DNA from: Hormiphora californensis
Lineage: Eukaryota; Animalia; Ctenophora
Direction: 5' to 3'
Assembly (NCBI GenBank): GCA_020137815.1
Contig: CM035350.1
Coordinates: 3,968,001-4,032,000, forward strand
DNA: 64,000 nucleotides
The first letter of the stretch is position 1; the number at the start of each line of letters is the position of its first letter. The position numbers and the translations under genes were made by a program. The notes under the pieces are model-generated. The model ran no database searches. It was not told the DNA's origin and saw only the letters and a list, made by a program, of their open reading frames with translations. Positions 47,657 to 62,600 of the stretch are shown one piece after another.

Positions 47657-50600
47657 GAGAGAGAGAGAGAGTGAGAGAGATCATCCTACAATTAATTGTA
47701 TAATTTATGTTTATATCGTTGTTATAGTTTTCATTTTTGTAAGGACGCAGTGGGGACCAGGGTGGGGTAGCAGGTTCAAAGCACACATAAGACCTTACCG
47801 TCTTCGTGCTAACGACCCTGTAACCTGTTACGCCACCCTGAATCCTCACTTAGTTTGGTCCGTGTGGCTGGTTTGCTTAATATTATATGTTTATTTCGGC
47901 GCAATGCCACTGCCAGCGGCAGTTTGAATGAAAAAATGAATGAATGAATGATAGAGATGGAAAGCGATAGAAACCTTCCCCGAATCGTGTCTCATATCGT
48001 CTAACACTCTTGATTGGCTTCCTCGAATCATGTTCCATATCTCGTATCGTCTCCTACTGCTAATAAGCTTCCCCGAATCACATGGTTCATATCCCGTATT
48101 GTCTCCCACTGCTAATAAGGCGTTCCAGAATCGTATCACATGTCCATCCCCCTCATTAGCATTTGAAATACATATATATTTGAAATACATATATATTTCA
48201 GTTGAAATAGACATGTGTATTTGAAATACATATGTATTTGAAATACATATATATTTCGGTGTCGAGATTCTTCCGACCTGCCGAAAATTCCTAAAACCGA
48301 GAAAAACCAGATCGTAAATAGATGTTTTACTAACCGGTTGCAGTGTGTGTTTGTCCACCTAACAAGTAGGAAACCTTGCCCGAGCCCAGCTGTGGTGCAG
48401 TGCTAATCTTGAACTTGTTGGCTGCAATCTGACTGATACCATGGCAAGACGTAGAGTCTTTACACGCGTCCATTGCATCGCTGTCACTAGTATACACCTT
48501 ACTGCCAAGACTCTTGAACTGCTTCCCCTTCAGTGTCGGCCAAATGTAACCTCCATGCTCCACGTAGGTAGATTTCTTGATGAAGGCAATGCCTCCAGTG
48601 TGTACTTTGGTTGTTGTCTGGAAATAATAGAGGGGTTTTTAGAAATTACATTGCAGTAAAAAGAGCAGTGTAATAAAGTTTTGGAATGATCATGATAAAT
48701 AAGTGAGAGTTAATATAACCTCGCTTACCTTTGAATTGATGACGAACTCTCTGAGGCCAACTCGGGATACACCCTTACACTTCTTAACGGCGACACACGC
48801 CTCGAACGCCTCGAAGAGCGTAGAATAGGACTTATCTCCAATCTTCTTGGTCAGCTTGAAGGGACTCTTCAGTTGCCAAGCCGAACCCATGAACTTGAAG
48901 TAAGTGCTGACAATGACCCGATCACCAATCAGATACGTCTCGTCATTCTTACTGGGGACAAGACCAGACCCTGACATGACAAAGTAGCCATCCTTGCCCA
49001 GCTTAGAGACTCCAGTACAGGTTGCACTCTTGTGAGCGCACTCAGAGAGAGCCTTTGCCTTGCTTTTGTAGGCCACCTTGCTCAGCTTCTTATCCAGCTT
49101 ATACTTCTTCTTCTCACTCCAATAATAATCATCACTCTGGGTAACGCTGTCTCCCTGGATCCAAGATGTTGCACCGCTCTTTTCTACCTCAGTAACAGAT
49201 GAACGCAGTCTGAAGTCTCCTGAACCGTATTTGGTGACACCCTTACACCCAGCATTGGCAGCACACACCTTAAGAGCAGATGCCTTGGTTGTGTACTTCT
49301 TCTTACTGTAGCTGCCCTTCAGTTCAACCCCAGAGTCAACGGTCCAGCTGGTTGCTGCCACTGTTTCTGACTTGCCCTTTTTGACAAAGGCCACGGTACC
49401 GGGAGCAGGAATGAAGGTGGACCCAGTGACAAGGTAGAACGCATTAGCTTTCATTCTCACCACGCCATTACAATTCTTATTCTTGTTACACGCCTTCAGC
49501 GCCTTGTTCCTCTTCTTGTAGACCTTTTTACCGATGCGTCCATCCAACGTCATGGGCTTCTGCATCTCATAACTGTGCCCATTGAACCCAAAGCCAGCTG
49601 AAGTTACCTTGACCTCATTGCCCGCTACAATGTAGGCTGTTGTGTCTGAGTTGGGGGTAATCCTAGTGTTGGTTCCCAGGTAGAACTCCTTGTCGCCGTG
49701 TTTCTCAACACCATAGCAACCACCCTTGCTGTACGCCTTGAGACATGCCGTCATGGCCTCTCCCAGGGTGGTGTACTTCTTCGTTCCCTTAGCGTTAAAC
49801 TTGTAACCACTGAGAACGGTCCAGTATTTTCCCTCAACGGTCTGGAAAGGAGATCCCTTGATAAATGCTACCTTGCCCTTTGCTGCATTGGTAACAGTGT
49901 CCGAGTTGAGCTGGAACTTCTCCTTCTTCAGCTTGGTAACTCCCTTACATTCACTGTTTGAGGAACAGGCAGTCAACGCATCTGCAACCGTCTTGTATCT
50001 TTTCTTGTTCAGGGCGCTGGCAAGCTTGGCATTAGGTACTCGGGCCCAGAGCAGTCCGTTAGCCTTGACCGCCTGACCGTTAATCTTACTGAATGAAAGT
50101 CTTCCAGTGGCAGACTTGTCCTGAACTGTGGACTTGTTGAGCTTGTAGTTACCCGCCCCTATCCTGGTTATGCCCTTACACTTTTTACTCTTAGTACATG
50201 CAACCAGGGCCTTTTCTTCACTAGCAATCTTGCTTCCATAGGTCTTCTTCAGTCCGTACGGTTGCTTAACCATGTAGATAGTACCGCCCTCTCTAACAGT
50301 GTAATGAGTCTTGAACACAGACCCCTTCATGTAGGCGGTCTTGCCGGAGGAGGCACTGGGGTCTGTTCCCTTGTTTGTGGAGAACGCTCCAGATCCCTGT
50401 GGGAAAACACAGTTAGAATAAACCATTTAAAACTAAGTTGGCTCTGTTATTAGACTTTAAGTCTACTTGTTGCTAAAAGTTAGCAAAAAATGGATTTTAA
50501 GAGCTTACCAGAGAGTTGACTCCATTACATGCTGAATTCTTGGTACAAGCTTTCATAGCAGCACCCAAAGAGTTGTGCTTGCTGATTTGTCCGCTCAGTT

Positions 50601-53600
50601 TCTTGTCAGAGTAGACGGTCCAGGTGTGATCATAGGCACTCTTTTCCTCGCTCGTCTTCATAATCAACTTCACTCCGGCCTTCTTGACCCTCTTGTCACC
50701 CCCGATAATCCGGTATTTCTTGTTGACGTAAACCACTCCCTTGCACTTGGAGGACTTCTTACAGGCCTTAAGAGCTTCCTTTTGCGTATCGTACTCTGTG
50801 GTTGGGGGGGTTGTTAATGGCTTACTTGATGTAACTTCTTACTTAAAGTAAAGTGGCCCAAATTAAAGGGAGGGTACGTTGGCCTTCTTTTCACCCAGAA
50901 GTTTAATTTCAATCACTCTGAGATTTTGACACAATGTCTGCATGGGTACTCATTCGAGGAATCCGAAGTTTCAAATCATAAAAGTTGAAAGTTCATTAAT
51001 GAACTCAATTTTTCGTTTTTCGGGTTTTTTGAGGTTTTCTCTTGATTAAATTCGATTTTATTATTTTAAAAACCGCCATACAATAGAACAAGTATCAACA
51101 AATGGCAATCTGAATTTTTATTAAAATTGAATCAAGTTTAGTGGGTGAAATAAGTTATTTAAAGATGATATTTTTTACCAAACATCGATTTTGACCTGTT
51201 TTGACCAGAAATCGGTAAAATCAGGCGCTAAAAATCTGTACGGCCACTACACTTGATCAATTTTGATGTTAGCCGGAATTTAAGCTCTCTATCTTAAAAT
51301 TCATTTTTCCGACTGGAATGAATCCTGAATGAACTCGAAAACAGGAATGCTTTTTGGAACCAGAATTTCACAGTCGCCTTCGGGTATCGATTTCCTTTCA
51401 AACGCGACTAATTTGAGCTCAATTGCACCACCACAAGAGACACAGTGTCTAGTTATCTAACCCTAGGTTTGGTCATCTGACACCTAATGAGACGATAGCG
51501 TCATTACTAAGTGCCAATAAGCAGGTGTAACGGACGAGTATCACGTATCACGTCTGATAATGAGGATGGTGTACCGATACAGCATCCGTTAAAATGTAAG
51601 CTCTCTTGCTAACACGTCACAATTTGATGGGGATCACATGACTTACCCTAGGCTTAGAAAACGGATCACTGTGATTCTTGTGGTGATCCAATTAAGCTTA
51701 AACTGGTCCCATTCGAAAGGAAATCGATAGCCAAACAAATTTGTGAAACTTTGGTACCGAAATAGGGTCCCATATTGGTGTTCATTCAATGTTCATTCGG
51801 TCGAAAAAAATGAACTTTTATCCAGAGGGCTGAAACTTCGGATTCCTCGAATGAGTAACCATGCAGACATTGTGTCAAAATATCAGAGTGATTGAAATTA
51901 AACTTCTGGGTGAAAAGAAGGCCAACGTACCCTCCCTTTAATTTGGGCCACGCGGTATAGTGTCGCTAATCTTACCATTTCTGAATCTCAACATTAAACT
52001 TACTTTTGTCATTAACGTAAGACCCGTCGAAGGTCCAGTTATCCATGGTAGTCCAGGTCATGCCTCCAAAGGTCTTAACCTTGCCTGCCTTCTCAAAGAT
52101 CTTAGTTCCCTTTGAGGGTATCTTTACAGTCGTCGTGGACAGTCGGTAATTCTTCTTCTTCTGTAGGTTAGATAGGGATTAAACTCAGTTCTAGACTTGT
52201 ATTAGTATATGTTATCCATATTCCATAGTCTCGACATGAGTCAGTCTGAAGAAGTCTAGACATTGACGCATGATCTAAACAGTAAAATATGTCACTTACC
52301 AGTTTGGTGACTCCCTTGCAAGAATCAGCCGCCTTGCATGCCTTGAATGCTGCTTTCCTGGTTTTGTAAACCTTCTTCCCCTGTTTGGCATACTTCCAGC
52401 TTTTCTGAGTTATCCACGTGTACCCGTACATGGCGACCGTTACCTTGGTCTTCTCAGCTGCCTGGCCTCCCTTCACATGGATAGTAGAGTCGGAGGATGA
52501 CGCCACGGAGGAGCCCTTGATCGTGTAGTATTTGTCACCTGTCTCTGTCACTCCGCCACACTGAGGGATAGGGGGTTGTACAAGCTGGAGTATGAGGTAT
52601 GAAGGAACAGACTCCCACGTAATGAGAGAGAGAGATGACTTATGAGTGATAGGGGTACCGATATTTGAAGGAGGACACCACTTACCGTGGCTGAAGCGAG
52701 ACACTTGGTCTTGGCAACATTAAGGGAAGTGTAAGCCGTTGTTGGGGAGTGCGTTTCACCCTTATACCCCTTGGTTTGAGTCCAATAGTACCCCTTGTAC
52801 TTTACAGTTAGACCTGGGAGGGGTTGAATTGTTCATACTTTCGGAGCACGGAAACAGTGTCAAGCGACACAAGTGAGGGGAGGGCGGATACAACTAATAA
52901 AAAGTAGTATTCTCAAGTTTGACAAAAACATAATATCCGTGTGCCTAGTTTGGTTACGAAGTTACCCCTTGCCAGCACGCACGAAGGTCGCCCGGCGAGG
53001 GGTTATTTCGTAACCATGTGTCTAGTTCACACCAACTTACCCTTCTGGATCCAGCAGGCAGTACCCTTCTTCTTCTTAGTCTTGGTGCTACTGTTCAGCC
53101 TAAACTTGTTGTCCCTCATCAGTGAAACTCCCTTACAGGCTCCCTTCTTAGCACATACCGCAGCTGCCTCGTCGAAAGATCCATACTTCTTCTTGGAGTA
53201 CAGTCCCTTTAGATACCGGCCTGGTATCATCTCCCACATGTTTCCATGATCGACTATGGCGGCGTTACCCCGCACAAAGGCACTGTGTCCGGTCTTTTGG
53301 ACGAGTTTCCGCTTGGAGTTGAGGGTGAACTTCCCGTTGTATTTTGTGAATCCGACACACTTGGGATTTGCTGTACACTTGGCTAGTGCGGTAGATTGAG
53401 ACTTGTAAGTCTTCTGGTCTGCCTTCCAAGTAGTTTGTAGGGTGAATAGACCTTCCAGAAAGTATCTGCGGGAATAAGTAACATTGTCACTTTTTCAAAC
53501 TAGACTTTTCTTCTTCAAGTGACAGAACGTGATGACTCAAATTTGACTCATCATGAGAGGAATATTATTACACACAGTACTTACTGGTCGAGTTGTCAGA

Positions 53601-56600
53601 GATTTCTACTTACTGGAGTAGCTGAAGATGTAAGTGCTCTTGGACACACCACCCTTGGGATAAAGTGTGCTTGTTCCGCTCGCTACCACCTCATTGCCAC
53701 TGTTCAGTCGGAATTTCTTGTCACCCAATTTCGTTACTCCCTGAGGTGGGTGGGTGGGTTACAGTAAACAACCAATCAGAGGTGAGGTGGGGTACAGTTG
53801 AGTTGCATATTGTGTCCATGTGAGGCGGGGTGCAGCTGATATAATGGGGTTTCTGGTTTCTAGATTCATTAACCTCAAGAAATGAAATGAAGGTCTGTTT
53901 ACTAGTTACTTCACTAACCGTGCATTTAGGATCTTTTGAGCAGGCAGTCAGGGCCTTTTGTTCCGATTTGTAGACTGTGTCGCTCAGCCAGCCACCGTAC
54001 TTGTATCCAGATAACGCAGTATAACTGTAGCCACCATATACAACCACAGAGTCTAGAAAATGGGTTATAAAAGTTTAATATTCTGTGAATATTGTTGGAG
54101 AGGAAAATTTGCTTGTGAATACCATCGAGGACCAACCGAAATGATTTACTAATTCGTACCTCCCTGAACGTAGGCAACGATTCCTCTGTTTGATTCAACA
54201 TCATTCTTTTTCATAAGGTAGAACTCAGTACTGCTTATCTGGTTAACTCCATTACAGTTACTGTTACCACCGCACGCTGGAGAGAGGGGGAAGAAGATGG
54301 GTGAGCGGATGGGGATTGAGAGGGATAAGACACTAAATCAATTGAGATTGAGGGTATTTATTTATCACATAATATTGTAGCACTACATTCCAGCTGTGCT
54401 ACGTACCCATGAGTGCAGTTGGTAGGTCAGTGTACTTGGTCTTGCTCAGCTTAGCTCCGGGTATCTTATGGTTGGGGTACATACTCCAAGTTTTTCCTGC
54501 CGCAGTATACTTCTTACCCTCCTTGAACCAGAACTTCTTACCACGGGCCTTCTTCTCCTTACTTCCCTTCAACAGATAGTACTTCTTCTTTCCAATCCAC
54601 TGGACACCAGTACATTTCTTGTTCTTTGTACAGGCCTTGAGGGCCTTTTTGAGGGTCGTGTACCTCTTGCTGGATGCATAACCACCGGTAATCTCCTTGT
54701 TGGTTTTGAACTTCCAGCTGTACCCACCGTAGCTCGTTGTAAAGGATACGTCCGCTGAAAAACATTTCGTGACTACCATGGAAGTTACACGAAAGTTACA
54801 TGAAATGCATTTCATTTTGACTTTACTTATTCTAGGCTTATGATACGTATTTAATCTGCAACTTACCAACTTTGGGAAGAACGACGTAACTTCCACCTCT
54901 AAGGTAAACCTTGCCCTTTGAGTAAGGCACTAAAACTTCTCCTGATGCCAGACGGTAGTTCTTCTTCCCAAGCTTGTTGACTCCTCGACATTTAGGATCC
55001 TCGGTACATTTAGATAGAGCTGCAGCCAGTTTGGTGTAGCGTTTCTTGCCCTGTTTGTTCAGCTTCTGACCCTCCACTGTGGGCCAGGCTAGATTCAGGT
55101 ACTGAACAACCTTGCCTGAAGATATTCGATTTAGTATGAGACCATCACTATACCAATAGCCCATCTATACTCCCCCTCCTTTACACTTTAGAACTGGCGG
55201 TGAGAGAAAGAAGAATCATGCGTTATTCTTCTTTCTTTCACCGCTGCAGTAATTCTAAAGGAGGGGGAGTATAGTAGGTAGGGGGAGTAAAGTAGGTAGT
55301 TTTATCTACTGATGCTGAAAACAGAAGCAGCATAATAATATAGCTCTAGTTTGGAATGCAGTATAAACTTACTTCCCTTGATCCAAGACTTTTGCCCGGC
55401 CTTCTTTTCAGTTCCTGTCATCTTGTTGAGACGGTACTTTCCCTTCTTCACCCGGGTTACCCCCGTACAAGCTGACTTGGCGGCACAGTCCTAGAAAAGT
55501 GAGATGTTTAAAACGAGGGAAACTATAAGCTATAAAGAAGTGTACGCAATCTTATACATGTCCTATATCAAAGCATATATCATTGTGGTACATACCTTGA
55601 GGGCATCCTTCAGGTTTCCATGGGATGACCCATCCAGATATTCCAACTTGATCCTGGTGTTCTTGGCTGTAGGGTTCCACACGACATTACTCGATACATA
55701 CCCCTTATTGCCCTTAGTGTAGGCAATGCCAGGTCCAACCATCAGGGTGCTCTTCTTCGCTATATGCCAGGTCTTTGTCTTCACCTTGTACGTGATGCCC
55801 TTGCAGGCGGAGCTGCCAGCACAGGCGGACATTGCAGATTTCTTGGTTTTGTGTCCCTTTGTTTTGAGAGTATCATGCATGTAGGGTGCCTTGACCTCCC
55901 AGAAGTATTCCTCCTCCATTGTAGATGCAGAGACGTAGTTGAGTTTCAGATCATTGTAGATAAAGGAGGTGTAGCCAGGAGAGGAGAACATGTAGACGGA
56001 GGTTGCCAGGTAGTACCACTTGCCCTTCTTAACGAACCCAGTACATGTCTTCTTCTTTCTTATCCTAGCCGCACAAACCGCAGCAGCCTTCTTCTCTGTC
56101 TTGTATTTCTTCTTGGTTTTCACACCCTGTAGTTTGATCCCCGTTACCTTGGAGAAGTAGACTGATTTGTGGAGAACCACATCGGCCCCCTTCTTGTAGG
56201 CAGTACGAGAGTTATTTGAGCTCAGATCACTTCCATTGTTGGTCCTGAAGTTGACTGTGCCCTCCTTGGTGACCCCTGTGCAACTGCTCGAGGAGGCACA
56301 CTCAGCCAGAGCCTTGGCCAGAGTTTTGTGTTTGGTTGTGCTATCGTAGCCAGTAAGGGTATACCCTGCCTGCTTGTCCCAGATGTAAGCGTTAGCCACC
56401 TCTAGTGCTCCACGGAAGACCCATGTTATCGCACCAGACTTTTCTGTCACGGTGGTTCGCGAGTAAAGCCTATACTTTTTACCAGACAGACTGACGGCCT
56501 TGCAATTCTTGGTGCTCATGCACGATCTCAGTGCGGCATCACGTGTCTTAAACACCTTGTTGTTCATTGGGGAACCCTTGACAACATAGGGACTCTTGAC

Positions 56601-59600
56601 ATTCCACATCCTGTCTGCAAAGTAGATACTGGTACTGATGTAGTCATACCCTCCCTTGGCGTAACTAACTCCACCCTTGGATGGTTTCAGTTGGTCTCCA
56701 GTGGCCAGAAGGTATTTGCCCTTCTTGGTCTTGTTGACACCCGTGCACTTGGGGTTGGTGGAACATGCCTTTGCAGCTAAAGCCAGGGTCTTGTAAACCT
56801 TTTTGTTCTTCTTGATCAGCCCAGCAAACACAAATCCACTGGTTTTAGTCCAAGTATACCCGCTGAGGGTCTCACTACTGCTGCCCATCTCATAGAACAC
56901 ATATCCCTCCTTCTTGGTCTTCTTCCCACTGGCCCCTTCTCCCACCAGATAGAAGGTGTTCTTGTTCGTCCTCACCACACCCTTACACTTCTTATTCTTG
57001 GCACATGCCGCCAGGGCTGCTGATTTAGTTTCGTATTCCTTATCGCTCAACTTGGTGGTGACTGCATATCCCTCCCAGCTGCTCCATGTGTACCCGTACT
57101 CGGTGAGGGAGGTACCTCCCTTTACCCAGGTGGTCTTGCCCTTGGCAGGGAGAGCCGTGCTGCCCGTGTTCAGAGAGAAGAGTCTCGGTCTCTCCATGGT
57201 AACACCAGTACACTTTGGATTCTTTATACACGCCTGAAGGGGAAGTTTATTGTCAGAGGTGTGTTATAATAGGAGGTGTGTTATAATAGGAGGTGTTATA
57301 ATAGTCATCATGGCTATTTAGACTCAGCTATTTAGACTCTTTCTATATTTAGTGTTTATGTACCTTTAGTGCTTGTTTGAGAGTACGATAAGCAACGTTC
57401 GAAACTAGTCCAGGAAGTCGGTAAGGACTCTTCTTGGTCCATGTGTATCTTCCATAGCTAACTGTCACGCTCACTTCAGGTGGCTTCTCTCCTCCTCTCA
57501 GGTAGACAACCTAAATTGTGAGAGTGGTCGTAAAACAAGGTCAGTGCAGCCTGGTGGGGCTGTAACAACACCTGAAAAACAACACCTACATGGTTAGTGG
57601 ATGGATTGAGAGCCTGTGACTTGGAGAGACGATACTTCTTCGTCTTGGTGTTGTACACCACACCCGAGCACCAGGCCTTCTTCTTGCAGACCTTCGTTGA
57701 CACGGACTTTTTACCCGTCTTGAACTTGCCGTGTGTGATCAGCTTGAAGTTGCTCTTTTTCGTGTAGAACACATCTGCAACGGAGATTTAAGTTACAGAG
57801 GGTTAAGAAAATCCATGAAAGTTATCAAAAGAAATCTGCAATAGATTACATTTATGCACTTCTGCAATTTGCCTGTTACTTACTGTTATTAACTTCATAG
57901 GGATCACCCAGAATGTACGCAGTCATTCCCTTCTTGACGTTAGCCACATTGTTATTGTTCGTCCTGTACAGACCACTGCCCTCTTTAGTAACTCCCTTAC
58001 AGGTAGCAGAGGTGGTACAGGCCTTGCCAGCGCTCTCAAATGTCTTGAACTTGGTATCACTGTCATAACCGGTAAGTCTGGAGTGAGGTTTCATGGCCCA
58101 CAGATATCCACTCTTCTTGATCGCCATACCGCTCACTACGAAGGCAATGTAACCCGGTGCAGGTGCTACCATCTGCCTAGCCTGGTATATCTCAAACTTC
58201 TTGCCGGTCCATTGGAACCCATTGCATGCACTCTTCTTAGCACACAGTTTGAGAGCCTGGAACATGGTCTTTGCCTCGCCCATCTTACTTCCCACTGCAG
58301 AGAGAGAGAAATTGAAATTGATTCAAAATGTTATGGTTCAATTTCACCAAGAGTGGTCCTGACTAGTTTCTAAAAGTGTAATGTTTAATTGTGCGTTATA
58401 CCTAGTTTTCGTGGTGAGTATCCCATGTAAGCAAGGTTTCCGAGTGTAACGATTCGGGTAGTCTCAAATGTCTGTCCCTTACTGTAGAACATCGACTTTT
58501 GTCTGATCTTCACATCTCCACCCTTGTTCATTCTGCAAATAGGTAATCATCTTAGTCAGTAGTCACACAAATGGGATTATTAGTAAGAATTTTAACTAAA
58601 AGCTAGATACAAGTGAGATGGTTATGGTGACCTCTGGCATGGCACGTACCGGTATTTCTTCTTGATGAAGCTCACACCAGTGCACTTGGGGTTCTTTGTG
58701 CATGCCACAAGGGCAGGTTGGAGCTTGGCGAACTTTTTACTTCCAAGATACTTTGTTCCATAGTAGTTTTCCACCTTGGTAAACCGGTGATCTGAATAGG
58801 GGAGGGGTTATGACTTATGATGCTAACTGGAGCGCGATTAGAGATGATTTGAGGGTAAGGCAAAAGGGTCGATAAGAGTAAACTAGAAAACTTGAAAACT
58901 CATTCTCACCTCGTGCAGTGACAAAGAATCCAGACTGAATCCAGCAGTTCATTCCCCTCTGTTTGAATGGTGTGTTGCCGGTATTGAGCCGGTAGTTGCT
59001 GGCACCTTCCTGGGTCACCCCCAAACACTCATCTTCCTTAGAACATGCAGCCATCGCAGTAGCCTTGGTCTTGTACACCTTCTTGCTCTGATACCCGGTC
59101 AGCTTGTGACCCTCGTAGCTAGCCCAGTTGGTATTATGCTCGTACTCTACTCCGTTACCCTGTTTAATCCACACCTGACTCTCAGGATCTGGCTCCTGGG
59201 TGGACCCCTTACATACCAGATACCCATCCTCTCCATTCTTCTTGGTAACTGAGTTACAATGGGAGTGGGCAGCACATACTCTTAGTCCCATAGTGAGCGT
59301 TCTAGTCCGCCCATAGCAGTTGGTTGCGCGGAATGGAGCTGCGAAATTCCAAATGTACCCCTCCGCTCCCAGGGAGAACTTCTTCAGCTTGATGTTCTTG
59401 CCGCCCTTCACATACGCGTTGTACCTGCTGTCCTGTCTGACTCGACTGGAGAAGGCCATGTAGAATCCCTTGCCCACAGTATCCTCGTTTACTCCCTTAC
59501 ACTTGGGTTTCGTGCCGCACATGTACACCGCATCGTCGATTGAGGCCATCTTGGCTCCCTTCTGGTTGTACAGCACGAATCCCTCGCTCTTACCAAAGGT

Positions 59601-62600
59601 GAACGACTCGATTTCCATAATGTCCTCCTCTTTGATGTATTTGTAAATGGTGGCTTCCTTGAACGCCATTCCCTTGATCCACATCTTACGATCGGAGTTA
59701 CGTTTAGGGACCATGCCTGTGTTCGTCCTGTACACCTTGGACTTCTCGTAGGTCACTCCGGTACACGTATCAGACGCGGTACACGCCCTAAATGCAGCCT
59801 TGGCGGTCTTGTACTTGGTATCATTGTCATATCCTTCCAGCTCCCATCCGTTCTGGTATCCCCAGACAAAGCCTGAGTTGGTGATCTGGGATCCCCGGCG
59901 AGTATAGATCATGCTACCCTCCTGCTCCTGTTTATCGAGCGAGCTGTGTAGGGTAAAGTAGGTAGGGGTCACCTGGGTAACTCCCTTACACTTCTTACTC
60001 TTGTGACACTTCTTAAGGGCCTTGTCCCGGGTGTTAGCAGATCCTATCTTGTCACCAGTGAACTTGTAGGGTGATTGTAGGATCCAAACTATCCCTCCAT
60101 GAGTAACGGACCGTGTGATGGACTGTATACCACCCTGGAGATACACCACCCTACCCTTCTTGACACTTGGCTGGGTGTCTTTATAGAGCCGGTACTTGTT
60201 GGCTGAGATCTTGGTGACACCACGACATTTGATGTTCTTGGCACACACCTTCAGTGCGCTCTGCAGGTTGGGGTATTTCTTCTTGTTCAGTGGCTCGCTC
60301 AGGGTATATCCGTTCATCTGGGTCCAGGTGTAGTCGAAGTAGCTGAGTGCGGTACTGCCCTTTAGGTAGAGCTTGTAGCCACTCTTCTTGCTAACTTTAC
60401 TGCCATTGGCAAGTTTAAACTTGCCCGTATTTGTCTTGACAACTCCCTTACAGGATCCCTTCTTAGAACACGCCACCAGCGCTTCCTTCCTATTCGTATA
60501 TTCCTTCTCCTGGATATCGTTCAGGGTATAACCTGACTTGACCGTCCAGGATTTACCCTCTGCCATCTTCGCTTTGCCCGCCTTCACATAGGCCTCAGCC
60601 CCGGGGGTGGGGCTCGCTGAGCTACCGGTGTTGAGGACATACTCGTTGGTGGGTTTCTTGGTCACACCATTACACTTGCTGTTGGCCGCACACGCGGTAA
60701 GGGCCTCATCTCGTGTTTTGTAGGAAGTCTTCCAATCTGGCCATCCAGAGCAGCCGGACCTTGGACATCCCAGGTGTGGTCTTTGAAGGTCATCTCGTAA
60801 CTATAACTACCCTTAGCAGATCCTCCCATCAGATAGACCTTACCCACCGAACTGTACTTGATCTTGTCAGTTTTGTGGAGAGTGTACTTCCCATTCTTCT
60901 CAGTGATTCCCTTACACAGAGCCTTCTTGTAGGCCTTACACGCAGCCTTGGCCTTCTCCAGTGTCTTGTACTTCCTTTTACCAAGCTGGAGGGGCAGCCT
61001 TGCATCCCCCACCTCAGTCCAGAACACCCCACTTGTCAGGGTGTAGGGTGATCCCTGGATGTACGCAGTCTTCCCTGATGCACTGCTGGGGGTATTCTTA
61101 GTGTTGAGACGGTAGTTTGCACTACCCTCCTCAGTCACACCCTTGCACTTCTTAGACCCGATACACGCGTTCATGGCCTTGGCGAGAGTCTTGTACTTTG
61201 TGGTGTCATAGTAACCAGACAGTTTTTTGTTCTTGTGGACACTCCACATGTAGTTCCCGTGACTCTTGTACTTGCCTGGCGGGGAATTTATAATTAGGCT
61301 GAAATTACTGTGTTAGCCTTCACTATGAGCTAGCCTAACGAAACAATTGTCTGTCACTAAACTCGTGTTTTGTTTTGTAATTCTACGCTGAAACGTGGTA
61401 TTGATCTACAGTTTGAAACTTGGATTTTGAATTGTACGGGGTAGGCAGGTAAACCACACTCACCTAGCAGCTGTACGGCGGTATGTCCAACACTTTTGAC
61501 AAACTCAGATCCAGTATTCAGCTGGTACTTCTTCCCACTTAGTCGTGTGTAACCCTTATACTTCCCCTTGGAGGCAAGCACTGCGCTTATGGCCGCCTTG
61601 TTAGTCTTCACGTACTTCTTAGTAGGCCCATTCAGCTTGTAGGGGCTCTTAGCACGCCACATTTGACCTAGGAAAAGCAATATAAATTAAACAGGTCCCA
61701 ATTATATGGAACAATGTATCAGTAGAATGACCAGGTATAAATACTAATACTACTAATACTACTAATAGTTGTCCAGTAGTGTTATAGTGTTTTACCTCTG
61801 TTGATAAAGAAGTACTCCTTCTCATAACTGGATCCCAGCACAAACACCCTTCCCTTGGGTTTGCTCCTTAAACCGGTACTACTAGCAAGTCTGTATACTC
61901 CCTTTGGAGTCTTACTGATTCCAACACACTTGGAGGACAGCTTGGTACAGGCCCGGGCTGCCTTGGTAAACTTCTTGTACTTCTTTCCACCGATATGCTT
62001 GTTAAAGTTAAAGCCCTTCACTTGTGTCCAATAGTAGTCTTGTGAGATTATCAGCGCACTACTCTGGATATAAGCAGTGGAGGCTTTGTTGGGTTTAAGG
62101 GTCGTTCCAGTGTTCAATCTGAACTTATTCTCTCCCTCCTTGGTGACTCCCTTGCACCCGGACAACTTTCCACACGCCCGGAGTGCCTTGGATCGGGTTT
62201 TGTAGACCTTGTTCGTTGCGTACCCACTGAGGGAATGCTTGGGATACTCCGCCCAGTTGAACCCGCCCTCTTTCACTACTGGACCTCCTTGAATCCACAC
62301 CGCCCTACCCTTGAATTTCTTGGCGGTGCTCGTCGTGTAGAGCCTAAAGTTCTTTTTAGCTTCCTTTGTCACACCCAGACACTTGTTGGTAGCAGCACAC
62401 GCGCTTAGCGCCGCGTTCCTTGTCTTGTAAACGGTCTTGTCCTGGTAGGGTCCGGTCAGGGTGAAGGGACTCTGGTAAGTCCAGGAGTATCCAGCATAGG
62501 TCATCTTGTACTTCTTCAGGGAAACAAGCTCGTCAGCGGCTATATAGGCTGTAGCCGAGCTTTCAACCACTGGAATGGTATTAGAGTTGAGTCGGAAATT

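Larger units (their letters stand above)
45473..48282. mobile_element. Long-TIR non-autonomous DNA transposon (GG-start, 8-bp TSD; Merlin/MULE-like) with two nested insertions
   Basis: ~330-bp near-perfect TIRs (45473-45800 / 47956-48282) starting GGCAGGTCGGAAG; TSD GAAAATTC at 45465-45472 and 48283-48290. Confidence 0.9.

Noticed and set aside
45531-48358. Mirror-image ORFs of 64-155 aa (MSISTEIYMYFKY...)
   Set aside because: They are translations of the two TIRs with no transposase motifs.
60715-60740. Pseudogenising or programmed frameshift in the giant gene
   Set aside because: One missing A in a short run (GGA AAG ACT TCC TAC) restores the module; similar homopolymer indels in ATG9 point to assembly error. 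Read pileup would decide.
42831-61051. Long plus-strand ORFs (e.g. 42831-43616, 44676-45059, 55764-56132)
   Set aside because: Antisense shadows of codon-biased exons of the giant minus-strand gene.
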